Assembly: GCA_016210985.1 (NCBI GenBank)
Contig: JACQTD010000058.1
Location: forward strand, 1 to 40,323
DNA from: Acidobacteriota bacterium
Lineage (GTDB): Bacteria > Acidobacteriota > Blastocatellia > HR10 > JACQTD01
Direction: 5' to 3'
DNA length: 40,323 bases
Shown here: one piece after another, positions 27,646 through 37,848 of the stretch
How the letters are laid out: every line of letters begins with the position of its first letter
Numbering within the stretch: the first letter of the stretch is position 1
Program-made: the position numbers and the translations under genes
Notes under the pieces: generated by a model
The model's database searches: none
What the model saw: only the letters and a program-made list of their open reading frames with translations
What the model was told of the DNA's origin: nothing

Positions 27646-29445
27646 ATGTTCGCAATAAGATTCTATGTCATGCTCCTGATTTCCGCAGGTTTAACGCTCG
27701 TTGTCCATATTAGCTCGGCAACGGCCGGTCCACGCCGGGATGACCGCCGGGTGCAATCCTCAGAGACCTCCGAGCAAGCGGGTACCGGGAAGGAAAGTCT
27801 GAGAATGGACGATGGAGAGATTTCGACCAAGGGGCGGCCACGGCCGGAGGTCGAAATGGGTACGAAGCGTGATGCGGTGAGGTCCCGCTTAAATGATGCC
27901 GATTCCGATGACCTCGATCGGCTGAGAGAACAAATCGCCATCCAGGGAGCACGAATCGAGGAGCTGCGCCAGGCACTTGAAGAACAACGGCAGTTCATCT
28001 TGCTGAACCTGCAGTTCCTGCGGGAGCGGCTAGCGCCGAACGACCCGTCAATCCGGCTGCCCGAGGCAGATCCGGAAGGGCGATCATATCCCGGACAGAA
28101 TCGTACCGGTCTGGATGGGGTGCTTGCAGTCTCGGAGTCGGCGCCGTCGATCGAGCACGCGGCGAGCGTGTCATCCACTCCGTCACCAGGCCAGGCGGAA
28201 ACGCTCGCTAAGAAAGTTGAAGAGACCTCCAGGAATCTGGGCGGTTTCAAGTTCAGCGGCGACTTCCGCCTCCGCGCGGATATACAGTTACGCTCCGGCA
28301 ATGCCATTGGCCCGCCGCTGCAGAGCGCTCGCGCCCGGTACCGGCTGCGGCTGAACATCGAGAAGGAAATCGATCCCCGCTTCTCCTTCCGTCTTCAGCT
28401 GGCAACCGGCGCGCTTAATTCCGGCACGACCATGGACCAGGATTTTGCCGGCATGGTGGCCAGGCATCCCTTTTCGATTTCAGAGGCCTATGTGGACTTT
28501 CACCCGAACCCCAGACTCTCTCTCCGTGCGGGCCGGATGGAGGAAGTATTCGCCGATGGCATGAGATTCCTCTGGGACGACGATGTCCGCTTCAACGGGT
28601 TCCATCAGATCCTGACGATTCCCTTCAATTCGAGTCGATTCGGTGTCCATGCGCTCCAGTTCCGAGCCGGGGAGTACATTCTCAGCAATCCCAATATCGT
28701 GATTCTCCCGGCTTCCTCGCCGTTCGTACTCGCCGGCTACCAACCCGGACAAAAGGTGAGAGCCGCTAAGCTCTTTCATCCCGGTTTCGTCATCAAGGGG
28801 AATGTCAACGAACGATGGGGGCATCAATTCACGTCCGACATTCAGATCTTCCTGAATCCCAATCAGATCCAGCTGGCAACGCTGCCCAGCGGATTCCCGG
28901 TCCTGGTCAGTAACGCGCTGGGCATCGCACTATCGGGTCCGATCGGAGCGCGGGGGAACGGAACCACCACCGCTGATGGAGCCATCCTCAGCGCGCGGGA
29001 CTTCCAGATCGTACGGGCAGCCTATCGTCTGGAACGGAATGGGCTGATGTGGGGGAGCCGCGAAATGCCACTCTGGTTTGATTTGCAGGTTGCGCGAAAC
29101 ACCGGAACATCGAAATTGCGTGACGCGCTCTTGGCCTCGGTTAATCTCGGGGCTGTCAGGAAGTACGGTGACACTCGGTTTCTCTATCAGTTCGCGCTTA
29201 AGGATGCCAACTCACTTATTTCGCAGTTCACCGATGATGACATCGGTACCGGTATCGGGGTCAATGTGGCCACGCATGCACTGCGGTTTGATCTCGGTTT
29301 GACCCGGTTCCTGCAGTGGCAGAATCTGTTCTTCATTCAGAACGAACGCCGGGGCAACAACCCTGCGGAACAGTTTTTCGTCCCCCTGCAGAGAGAAGCC
29401 AAGACCACCTACAGGTATCTGGGTCAGCTGTTGTTCTCTTTTTAG
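27646..29445 (+). CDS. Putative outer-membrane porin (Porin_5-like) with N-terminal coiled coil
   Basis: AGGAGG RBS, signal peptide, coiled coil, FSGDFRLR..RARYRLRL..LATG..EAY..LWDDD, terminal aromatic LLFSF; upstream of pstS. Confidence 0.75.
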   Translation: MFAIRFYVMLLISAGLTLVVHISSATAGPRRDDRRVQSSETSEQAGTGKESLRMDDGEISTKGRPRPEVEMGTKRDAVRSRLNDADSDDLDRLREQIAIQGARIEELRQALEEQRQFILLNLQFLRERLAPNDPSIRLPEADPEGRSYPGQNRTGLDGVLAVSESAPSIEHAASVSSTPSPGQAETLAKKVEETSRNLGGFKFSGDFRLRADIQLRSGNAIGPPLQSARARYRLRLNIEKEIDPRFSFRLQLATGALNSGTTMDQDFAGMVARHPFSISEAYVDFHPNPRLSLRAGRMEEVFADGMRFLWDDDVRFNGFHQILTIPFNSSRFGVHALQFRAGEYILSNPNIVILPASSPFVLAGYQPGQKVRAAKLFHPGFVIKGNVNERWGHQFTSDIQIFLNPNQIQLATLPSGFPVLVSNALGIALSGPIGARGNGTTTADGAILSARDFQIVRAAYRLERNGLMWGSREMPLWFDLQVARNTGTSKLRDALLASVNLGAVRKYGDTRFLYQFALKDANSLISQFTDDDIGTGIGVNVATHALRFDLGLTRFLQWQNLFFIQNERRGNNPAEQFFVPLQREAKTTYRYLGQLLFSF

Positions 29446-29551
29446 CCGCCACTTCCGGTACAATGCCTTGTTCCTGCTAGGATTTGGATCACGTCAGGAG
29501 CGAAGGTTGGGTTGTTCAACCAGTGCGGTTATAGAGGGAGGGGATGGACTT

Positions 29552-29572
29552 GGATTTAACACGGATTTAACA
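29552..29572 (+). promoter_or_regulatory. Pho box upstream of pstS
   Basis: GGATTTAACA exact direct repeat at 29552 and 29563 (11-bp period). Confidence 0.8.
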
Positions 29573-29692
29573 TTCCTCCGGTAGGTTAATTCATTCTAAG
29601 TGATTTTTTGTTTTCGCCTTTTTACATTTTCCACTAAGCCGCTGCCCGGTTGCGGTAGACTGATCAGTTTCCTTCGATTTGAGGCTTTTCCT

Positions 29693-30754
29693 GTGCGAAC
29701 TCAGCTTTCGATGCTCTTATTGTGTCTGCTCATCCTCTCCACTGGCGGGTGCGGAGGGACGAAGGACGGCGCGGAGGAAGTCTCGCTACAAGGCGCCGGC
29801 GCCACGTTTCCCTATCCGCTCTATTCCAAATGGATCAGTGAATACCACAAGGTCAATGCCCGGGTCCGCCTCGATTACCAGTCGATCGGCAGCGGGGGTG
29901 GAATCAAGCAGCTCACTGAACGGACGGTGGATTTCGGTGCCAGTGACGTTCCGATGACGGATGAACAGCTCCGGACGGCCGCGAAGGAAGTCCTTCACAT
30001 TCCGAGCGCCTTGGGAGCGGTCGCCGTCATTTACAATCTTCCGGGGGTCGCTTCGGGTCTCAAGATCACTTCCGATCTGCTGGCCGACATTTTTCTGGGA
30101 AAGATCACCAAGTGGAATCATCCAGGGATTTCCGCTCACAATCCGGGCGTGTCGATGCCGAATGCAGACATCCTCGTCGTTCATCGGACCGATGGCAGCG
30201 GCACGACCGCGGTCTTCGTGGATTATCTCAACAAGGTGAGCAGCGAGTGGGTAGGACGCGTGGGCAGAGGAACCTCCGTGAACTGGCCCGCGGGCATCGG
30301 CGGAAAGGGGAATGAGGGTGTGGCGGGCCAGGTCAAGCAGACGGCGGGTTCGATCGGATATGTGGAACTTGCATACGCGGAACAGAATCAAATCGCCTAT
30401 GCTGAAATCCGGAATCGGTCCGGTATTTTTCTCAAGCCTTCGGTGGCGAACATCACCGCGGCGGCGGCCAGTATGTCGGCGCAGGTTCCTGACGATTTGC
30501 GAGTCTCGATCACCGATGCCGAGGGACCTGCGGTCTATCCCATTTCGGCGCTGACCTACATCCTTGTTTTTCGCGAACAGGTCGATGAACAGAAGGGCAA
30601 GGCGGTGGGGGATTTCCTCTGGTGGGCGATTCATGATGGCCAAAAGTTCACCGGGCCGCTCCAGTACGCTCCGTTGCCCGATGACCTGGTGAAAAAGACC
30701 GAGACCAGGCTGAGACTGCTCTCCTTTAATAACCAGCCGCTCCTGCACCGCTGA
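29693..30754 (+). CDS. pstS: Phosphate ABC transporter substrate-binding lipoprotein
   Basis: GAGATFPYPLY, YQSIGSGGGI, DFGASD, HRTDGSGTT, GKGNEGV, IGYVE; GTG start at 29693 inferred. Confidence 0.97.
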   Translation: MRTQLSMLLLCLLILSTGGCGGTKDGAEEVSLQGAGATFPYPLYSKWISEYHKVNARVRLDYQSIGSGGGIKQLTERTVDFGASDVPMTDEQLRTAAKEVLHIPSALGAVAVIYNLPGVASGLKITSDLLADIFLGKITKWNHPGISAHNPGVSMPNADILVVHRTDGSGTTAVFVDYLNKVSSEWVGRVGRGTSVNWPAGIGGKGNEGVAGQVKQTAGSIGYVELAYAEQNQIAYAEIRNRSGIFLKPSVANITAAAASMSAQVPDDLRVSITDAEGPAVYPISALTYILVFREQVDEQKGKAVGDFLWWAIHDGQKFTGPLQYAPLPDDLVKKTETRLRLLSFNNQPLLHR

Positions 30755-30758
30755 ATTG

Positions 30759-31742
30759 ATGAGTTCTCTCGCGCTACGGGATAATGAACAGTCCGGGCTG
30801 ATGGCCCGCTGGTCGCGCAGCCGGCATCGTTGGAGCGACGTCCTGTTCCGGCGCCTCACGGCTTGCTTCGCACTGAGCATTCTGATCCTCCTCGTTTGGA
30901 TGCTGATCACCCTCGCGCTGAATGCCCGGCAGGCCCTCGCGCGATTCGGCTGGGGTTTTCTGTGGGGTCGGACCTGGGACCCTGTCAGGGAGCAGTTTGG
31001 AGCGCTGCCTTTTGTGTACGGTACCATCGTCTCATCGACGTTGGCGCTGTGCATCGCAGTACCTTTGAGTCTCGGTGTGGCCATTTTCCTGTCCGAGCAT
31101 GCTCCGCGCGGATGGGAAAACGTTGTGGCCTTCCTGGTGGATACGCTCGCGGCGATCCCGAGCGTGATCTACGGGCTTTGGGGAATCTTTATTCTCTCGC
31201 CGGCGTTGCGCAATTACATTGAGCCGTGGCTGGCGAGCACATTCGGGTTCCTTCCTTTGTTCCAAGGTCCGCCGTATGGAATCGGGATGTTGGCAGGGGG
31301 CATCATCCTCGCGATCATGGTCCTCCCGATCATCACGGCTGTTTCCCGCGATGTGCTGCAGGCCGTGCCTAATACACAGCGGGAGGCCGCGCTCTCCCTC
31401 GGCGCCACCCGCTGGGAGACGACCAGGGTGGTCCTGGCACATGCCCGTGCGGGACTCACTGGCGCGGTGATTTTGGGATTAGGCCGCGCGATCGGGGAGA
31501 CCATGGCGGTTACGATGGTGATCGGGAACCGGCCGGAGATCTCCTATTCACTTTTTGACCCTTCCTACACCATCGCCAGCGTGATCGCCAACGAATTCAA
31601 CGAGGCGACCTATGAGCTTTACGTGCAGGCGTTGATTGAGTTGGGCCTGATTCTCTTCCTGGTAACTTTAATCGTGAATGCGGTGGCACGACTTTTGGTC
31701 TGGAGCGTAACGAGAAGGACTCGAGAGGTGCAGCGGGTATGA
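30759..31742 (+). CDS. pstC: Phosphate ABC permease
   Basis: WDPVREQFGALP, LAAIPSVIYGLWG, REAALSLGATRWE, GRAIGETMAV. Confidence 0.97.
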   Translation: MSSLALRDNEQSGLMARWSRSRHRWSDVLFRRLTACFALSILILLVWMLITLALNARQALARFGWGFLWGRTWDPVREQFGALPFVYGTIVSSTLALCIAVPLSLGVAIFLSEHAPRGWENVVAFLVDTLAAIPSVIYGLWGIFILSPALRNYIEPWLASTFGFLPLFQGPPYGIGMLAGGIILAIMVLPIITAVSRDVLQAVPNTQREAALSLGATRWETTRVVLAHARAGLTGAVILGLGRAIGETMAVTMVIGNRPEISYSLFDPSYTIASVIANEFNEATYELYVQALIELGLILFLVTLIVNAVARLLVWSVTRRTREVQRV

Positions 31743-32590
31743 TCGACCCACTCCGTTACCGAAAGGTAGTCAATGGCGTCATGACGGGAGCGACGTTCAT
31801 TTGCGCGCTAGCTGTCCTCGCCATCCTTTTCGCGATCCTTGGATATATCGTCGCCCAAGGCATCGCCGCGCTGAATATCGACTTCCTGACCAAGTTGCCG
31901 AAACCGGTCGGCGAATCCGGTGGTGGGATCGCGCACGCCATTGTCGGATCGATGCTGCTGATCGGTATTGCCATCCTCCTGGGTCTGCCGTCAGGGATTC
32001 TTGCCGGGCTGTATCTGGCCGAGTTCGGTAAGAACAAACTCGGGCGATTCATCGAGTTCGTCACGGACATTCTGGCGGGTACGCCTTCGATCATCGTCGG
32101 CATTTTTGCCTATACCCTGATCGTCCTGCCGATGAAGCGGTTCTCCGCCTTTGCCGGGGGTGCGGCGCTCGCCCTCATCATGATCCCGATCATTACCCGG
32201 ACTACACAGGAGATCATCCAGCTCGTGCCGCAGACCTTACGGGAGGGGGCCCTGGCCCTGGGAGCGCCGCAGTGGCGCGTGACGCTCGGAGTCGTGCTGC
32301 GATCCGCGGCCGGCGGGGTGGCGACGGGCGTAATGCTCGCGATTGCCCGCGTCGCCGGCGAGACGGCGCCGCTGCTTTTTACCGCCCTGGGGAGCCACCA
32401 TTGGAGCACGGCCCTGGACCGCCCGGTTGCGTCGCTGACGGTCACGATTTACGATTACGCGAAGGCCCCGTATGATGACTGGCATGCCCAGGCTTGGGCA
32501 GGGGCACTGGTCCTGGTAATGATGATCGGCATGACCAATTTGGCGGTAAGGCTTTTCACCCACAGCCGATATTCAGGTACTCATCCATGA
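31739..32590 (+). CDS. pstA: Phosphate ABC permease
   Basis: [34 protein letters not shown]. Confidence 0.97.
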   Translation: MIDPLRYRKVVNGVMTGATFICALAVLAILFAILGYIVAQGIAALNIDFLTKLPKPVGESGGGIAHAIVGSMLLIGIAILLGLPSGILAGLYLAEFGKNKLGRFIEFVTDILAGTPSIIVGIFAYTLIVLPMKRFSAFAGGAALALIMIPIITRTTQEIIQLVPQTLREGALALGAPQWRVTLGVVLRSAAGGVATGVMLAIARVAGETAPLLFTALGSHHWSTALDRPVASLTVTIYDYAKAPYDDWHAQAWAGALVLVMMIGMTNLAVRLFTHSRYSGTHP

Positions 32591-33423
32591 TGACCAAGGC
32601 GAAATTAGCTATGCCTGTAAACTTGCTGGAGAAGTCCACGGCTGAGCCGATGAAGCGGCCCGCCCTGGATAGCAAAGTCACGATCGAGCAACTGAATTTT
32701 TTCTACGGCCCGGTTCAGGTATTGTTCGACATATCGCTCACGATGCCCAGCCGGCGAGTCACCGCCTTCATCGGACCATCCGGATGCGGCAAATCGACCC
32801 TCCTGCGGACGCTCAATCGGATGAACGACATCATCCCGCACGCGCGTCTCCAGGGTCGCGTGAAGATCGATGGGACCGATATCTACCAGACCGGCATGGA
32901 TGTCGTGAGGCTCCGACAGCGCGTGGGAATGATCTTTCAGAAGTCCAATCCGTTTCCAAGATCGATTTTCGAGAATGTAGCCTATGGCCTGCGCATCAAC
33001 CAGCTGGTCCGGTCCCGGCGGGAGCTCGATGAGCGGGTGGAACAGGCGCTCCAACAAGCTGCGCTCTGGGACGAAGTGAAGGACCGGTTGAAGGAATCGG
33101 CCTTCGGGCTCTCCGGCGGGCAACAGCAGCGTCTCTGCATTGCCCGCGCGCTTGCCATCCGTCCCGATGTCATCCTAATGGACGAACCTGCCTCGGCCCT
33201 CGATCCGATTGCGACGCAGAAAATCGAAGAGCTCATCGTGCGACTGAAGGAGGAATATACGGTCGTCATTGTCACGCACAATATGCAACAGGCCGCCCGT
33301 GTCTCGGATCATACCGCCTTCTTCTGGATGGGCCGGCTTATTGAGTTTGATCCTACGGAGAAGATGTTCACCAAACCGGCACATCAGATGACGGAGGATT
33401 ACATCACCGGTAGGTTTGGCTGA
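32587..33423 (+). CDS. pstB: Phosphate ABC ATPase
   Basis: [52 protein letters not shown]. Confidence 0.97.
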   Translation: MMTKAKLAMPVNLLEKSTAEPMKRPALDSKVTIEQLNFFYGPVQVLFDISLTMPSRRVTAFIGPSGCGKSTLLRTLNRMNDIIPHARLQGRVKIDGTDIYQTGMDVVRLRQRVGMIFQKSNPFPRSIFENVAYGLRINQLVRSRRELDERVEQALQQAALWDEVKDRLKESAFGLSGGQQQRLCIARALAIRPDVILMDEPASALDPIATQKIEELIVRLKEEYTVVIVTHNMQQAARVSDHTAFFWMGRLIEFDPTEKMFTKPAHQMTEDYITGRFG

Positions 33424-33433
33424 GGAGTGATGT

Positions 33434-34099
33434 ATGCCTGAACACCGCTTAGTCGATCATGATTTGAACCGGTTGAGAGATAAGGTCCTGCTCATCGGCG
33501 GCGAGGCCGAGCGCGCCGTCGCCGAGGCCATGCAGGCTTTCATCTCGAGAGACAGTCAGCGAGCACGCGCCGTAGTCGATCATGACGACGCCATTGACGC
33601 CATCGAGTTGGAGATCGACGATTTGTGCATCGACGTGCTGGCCTTGAGGCCGCCCGTGGCCGGGGACCTGCGGTTCGTCATGACTTGCGCGCGGATCGCT
33701 CCGGTACTCGAACGCATCGCCGATCATGCCTGCAATGTGGCGCGGCATGCCCTGGCCCTGAACCTGGAGCCCCAGGTCAAGCCTTTCATCGATCTTCCGG
33801 AGATGGGGCGGCTCGCTGTCGAGATGGTACACGCCAGCATGGACGCGTTTGCCACGCGTGACGTGAGCCAGGCGAGAGCATTGATTCTCCGCGACCATCG
33901 CATCGATGACCTCTATAATCAGATTTTCCGGGAGCTCCTGACCTACATGATCGAGGACCCGCGGACGATCTCACGCGCCACACACCTGCTTTTTGCCGCC
34001 AAGCACCTCGAGCGCATCGCCGATTACGTGAAGAATGTCTGTGAGCAGGTTGTTTACATGGTGGAAGGGCGGGTCATCAAGCACGTCGGCATCGAATAG
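33434..34099 (+). CDS. phoU: Phosphate signalling protein
   Basis: DDAID..E, PVAGDLR, LERIADH, second repeat LERIADY. Confidence 0.96.
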   Translation: MPEHRLVDHDLNRLRDKVLLIGGEAERAVAEAMQAFISRDSQRARAVVDHDDAIDAIELEIDDLCIDVLALRPPVAGDLRFVMTCARIAPVLERIADHACNVARHALALNLEPQVKPFIDLPEMGRLAVEMVHASMDAFATRDVSQARALILRDHRIDDLYNQIFRELLTYMIEDPRTISRATHLLFAAKHLERIADYVKNVCEQVVYMVEGRVIKHVGIE

Positions 34100-34108
34100 A
34101 AACCAACC

Positions 34109-34828
34109 GTGAAACGGCGGATCCTGATCATTGAAGACGACGCGGACATCGCCCGGTCGATTGCCTATAACCTGGAGCGCACGACGGGATTGAAGACCGA
34201 CTGGGCCGCGGATGGAGAGAGCGGCCTCGAGAAGGCCTTCGAAGTCCCTCCCGATCTGATCCTGCTCGATCTGAACCTGCCGCAGATGAATGGGGTGGAG
34301 ATCTGCCGCCGGCTCAGGCAGGAGAGCATGACGCGATTGATTCCGGTTCTCGTCCTGACGGCTCGTACCGGTGAGAATGACCGGGTCACTTGCCTCGACC
34401 TGGGGGCGGACGATTACATGGGAAAGCCGTTCAGTATGCGGGAGCTCGTGGCCCGAGTGCGGGCGCTCATCCGTCGATCCTATCCGGCTGAACAGGTTGC
34501 ACCTTACGATGACGGATTGTTGCGGGTCGATCATGAAAACTTCCAGGTGATTTCCGCGGGCCAGGAAGTGCGGCTCACCCGCAAGGAATTCGCTCTCTTC
34601 TGGCTGCTGGTGCAGAACCGGGGACGGGTGTTAACCCGCGACCTCCTGCTGGATCGCGTGTGGGGATTCAGCTACGGTGGAGAAACGCGGACGCTCGATG
34701 TCCACGTCCGGAGACTGCGGAAGAAGCTCGGAGAGCAATACAACTTCATCGAAACCGTAGTCGGCGTCGGCTACCGGTTTAACCCACCTAACTTGAAGGC
34801 CCTCTCCGCCGTCGGACTGTCGGAATAG
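34109..34828 (+). CDS. phoB: PhoB/OmpR-family response regulator
   Basis: IIEDD, LLDLNLP, GADDYMGKPF, LTRKEF, RTLDVHVRRLRKK, ETVVGVGY; follows phoU. Confidence 0.9.
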   Translation: MKRRILIIEDDADIARSIAYNLERTTGLKTDWAADGESGLEKAFEVPPDLILLDLNLPQMNGVEICRRLRQESMTRLIPVLVLTARTGENDRVTCLDLGADDYMGKPFSMRELVARVRALIRRSYPAEQVAPYDDGLLRVDHENFQVISAGQEVRLTRKEFALFWLLVQNRGRVLTRDLLLDRVWGFSYGGETRTLDVHVRRLRKKLGEQYNFIETVVGVGYRFNPPNLKALSAVGLSE

Positions 34829-34899
34829 CCGACCGTGATCCCGGATGGCTTGAACGTGCAATTAGTTCTCCGATTCTATTCCAGCTGCGCCGCAAGCCA

Positions 34900-35090
34900 T
34901 CAGATTCATTAGCATTAGCAGCCAATTCCGGATCTGTCGACTGTCTGTTAAAAGCCAAGACTCAACTTCCCGGACAGCAATTCGAAAACACATGTAGGTA
35001 CTCGGTGCAGGTACCCATGAAGTTTTGAGTGGGGGAGCACCGTGCACCTCGTCATCGAGATCCACAAGAACCACCCAAGGACTGAATGGA
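34900..35090 (-). pseudogene. Fragment of a DUF4276-like (TOPRIM-type) gene
   Basis: FSPWVVLVDLD..AP..W.P.P..MCFRIAVREVESWLL; no plausible start or end; lower GC. Confidence 0.55.
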
Positions 35091-35234
35091 TATGTGTAAA
35101 TCGTGGAGTCCTGCTCGGTCGTGCACTCATAGAGTTGACAATAATCGCTCTGGAATAATGCGAAGATCGCAGGGTGTGATGATCCTCACCAGAGTACAAC
35201 TCTTTCGCGAGAGTCAACAATCCCCTAAGGGGAC

Positions 35235-35531
35235 CTACCCATGCAACCGGGCCAATGATTCGTTGTAGGTTGGATTCCGGCCGTCCTCCACGTCTTTCCG
35301 CCGCAATTGATGAAACTGGGTAAGTAGGGTGTTCGACTTGGACAAGATGGCGATGCGCTCCGCGTAGGGTCCGACCTTGTTCCCAGGGAGCACCCAGAGC
35401 GCGATGTCATCCGAGATCGCATCGAGGTAGGCCCGGGCTCCGCAGCATCCGAGGCTCAGTGTCGCCCGGCCGCTGTTTACGCCCATACTTCGTGCAAGAT
35501 CAGCGCAAACGCTCATGACAGGCTCCCTCAA
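35235..35531 (-). pseudogene. DUF169-family remnant (C-terminal part)
   Basis: NSGRATLSLGCCGARAYL; under 100 aa, much shorter than a typical DUF169 protein. Confidence 0.6.
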
Positions 35532-35773
35532 TCATTCAATTTTACGAGTGACTCATCAGATCAAAGGATACCTTGACACGGTTCAGGAACGCGGGGAACG
35601 TGTTGGCTGGCCCTGAATGCAGCTTCCCAGAAACTTGCGAATCAATGCTAAACTACCCGGGACCCGGATGCGCAAAATAAACCCTTGGAGAACATGCCAG
35701 TTCAGCTTCAGTGGCATGAGGTCCATGTGACAATGGCCCGGGCAAGACGACAAGGACGACAAGGAGCGCTTAA

Positions 35774-36346
35774 ATGCTGAACCGATTGAGGATTCTAGTG
35801 GCCATGCTCGGGATCCTGTTTGCGACTGGATTCACCGCCGCAAATTGGAATCGAGGTCGAGACGCGGCTCCGGAAGTAGGGGGGCCGGCGCCTGACTTCA
35901 AGCTGCCCTACGCCACCCAGGAGGTGGTGAAATTCAACCCGGCCGAAGGGATGAGCCTGTCACAACTCAAAGGTAAGACGGTCGTGCTGGCGTTCTATCC
36001 CGCCGACTGGTCCTCGGGGTGCACCACGGAGGTTTGCACCTTTCGTGATGCCTTCGGCGATCTGGAGAGCCTGGGTACCGTGATACTCGGCATCAGCGGG
36101 GATTATGTCTTTTCTCACCGGGAGTGGGCGAAGCATCACAATCTGAAATTTCCGCTGCTTTCGGACCATGATCATGCGGTAGCCAGGTTGTACGGGAGTT
36201 ATGAACCGAAATTCGGCCTCAACAAGCGTACCGTTTACGTGATCGACAGCCAGGGCATCATCCGTTTTCGAAACCTCGAGTTCAAAGCGGCCAACAAGGC
36301 CGACTACGATGCGCTTCGGGCCGCGATTGATAAACTGAAGAAGTGA
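35774..36346 (+). CDS. Exported peroxiredoxin (AhpC/TSA, AhpE/BCP-like)
   Basis: APDFKLP, FYPADWSSGCTTEVC, ILGISGD, FPLLSD, RTVYVID; signal peptide. Confidence 0.9.
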   Translation: MLNRLRILVAMLGILFATGFTAANWNRGRDAAPEVGGPAPDFKLPYATQEVVKFNPAEGMSLSQLKGKTVVLAFYPADWSSGCTTEVCTFRDAFGDLESLGTVILGISGDYVFSHREWAKHHNLKFPLLSDHDHAVARLYGSYEPKFGLNKRTVYVIDSQGIIRFRNLEFKAANKADYDALRAAIDKLKK

Positions 36347-36350
36347 CACC

Positions 36351-37841
36351 ATGATCAGCGAATGGCTCGTCCGGGGTGATGAACGGAAGATCGCCGTCAA
36401 GGTCACCGAAGACGGTCCGGCCGTCAGTTACGAACAACTTCGAAGCCAGGTGGATCGATGGTCTGCGTGGCTGCGAAGCTTGGGCCTTCAACCGGAGGAC
36501 CGCATCGCGATAGCCTTGCCGAACGGTCTCGAAATGATTGTCGCGTTTCTGTCGGCCGCGACGGCAGGAACGGCCGCACCGCTCAATCCGGGCTACAAGC
36601 TCGATGAGTTCAGGTTCTTCCTCTCAGATACCCGCGCCCGAGCCCTGATTGTTCCCCGAAGGGGCGGCAGCGAAGCCTGCCGGGCCGCTGAAGGACTGGC
36701 GCTGATCATCGAAGCTGGTGTGGAGCCCGATGGTGAAGTCCAATTCGCTTCCGCGGGACCGCTCCAGAATTCTCGCGGCGATGCGACTTCGTCCACCGGC
36801 TCCATAGCGTTACTGCTGCACACCAGCGGCACGACGAGCCGGCCCAAACGGGTCCCGCTTACCCACGCCAACCTGGTTGCATCGGCGCGGAATGTAGCTG
36901 CGACTTATCGCCTCGGTCCGGAGGACACCTCCCTCTGCGTCATGCCGCTTTTCCATGTGCATGGCCTGGTGGCATCGACACTGGCTACCCTCCTGACGGG
37001 AGGCACGGTCGCGGTCGTTCCGCGTTTCAATCCGCTCTCTTTCTGGCCTACGGTGCGCGAACAGCATGCCACCTGGTACTCCGCGGTACCAACGATCCAC
37101 AGGCTGCTCCTTGCGAGGTCGAAGCCCGGCGAAAGGCCGCGCGGGGCGGAGGGCCTTCGGTTCATCCGCTCCTGCAGCTCGCCCCTGGCGCCTCGAATCA
37201 TGGAGGAAATGGAACACAGATTCGAAATCCCGGTTATCGAAGCCTATGGGATGACGGAGGCTGCGCATCAGATGGCGTCGAATCCGCTCCCTCCCGGAAC
37301 TCGTAAACCCGGTTCAGTCGGTCGCCAAACCGGATTGGAGATGACCATTCTAGATGACCATGGAAACCGGCTACCTTCCCTGGTCCGTGGCGAAGTAGCC
37401 ATCCGGGGAACCAATGTTTTCGGCGGCTACGAAGGCAATCCTCTTGCCAACGCCGAATCGTTTGTGGATGGCTGGTTCAGGACCGGGGACGAAGGATTTC
37501 TCGGTGAGGATGGTTATCTTACGCTGGTCGGACGGATCAAGGAGTTGATCAACCGCGGTGGCGAGAAAGTCTCGCCGCGGGAGATCGACGATGCGCTGCT
37601 TGCTCACCCGGCCGTGGCTGAAGCCGTCTGCTTCGGCGTACCGGACCGGATCTACGGAGAGGAGGTCGCGGCGGCCGTTGTGCTCAGGAGTCCGGTCACT
37701 GAAAAGGAATTGATCAACCATTGCCGAACCCTGCTGGCTGATTTCAAATGCCCGCGGGTGATCCATATTCTTGAATCGATGCCGAGGACCGTCACCGGGA
37801 AGATTCAACGGCGTCTGGTTGCGAAGCAGATTAGAGGATAG
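36351..37841 (+). CDS. Acyl-CoA synthetase, oxalate-CoA ligase (AAE3/Pcs60/Oxs) type
   Basis: LHTSGTTSRPKRVPLTH, MPLFHVHG, WYSAVPTIH, FIRSCSS, EAYGMTEAAHQMASNPLPP, INRGGEK. Confidence 0.85.
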   Translation: MISEWLVRGDERKIAVKVTEDGPAVSYEQLRSQVDRWSAWLRSLGLQPEDRIAIALPNGLEMIVAFLSAATAGTAAPLNPGYKLDEFRFFLSDTRARALIVPRRGGSEACRAAEGLALIIEAGVEPDGEVQFASAGPLQNSRGDATSSTGSIALLLHTSGTTSRPKRVPLTHANLVASARNVAATYRLGPEDTSLCVMPLFHVHGLVASTLATLLTGGTVAVVPRFNPLSFWPTVREQHATWYSAVPTIHRLLLARSKPGERPRGAEGLRFIRSCSSPLAPRIMEEMEHRFEIPVIEAYGMTEAAHQMASNPLPPGTRKPGSVGRQTGLEMTILDDHGNRLPSLVRGEVAIRGTNVFGGYEGNPLANAESFVDGWFRTGDEGFLGEDGYLTLVGRIKELINRGGEKVSPREIDDALLAHPAVAEAVCFGVPDRIYGEEVAAAVVLRSPVTEKELINHCRTLLADFKCPRVIHILESMPRTVTGKIQRRLVAKQIRG

Positions 37842-37848
37842 CGGGTCG

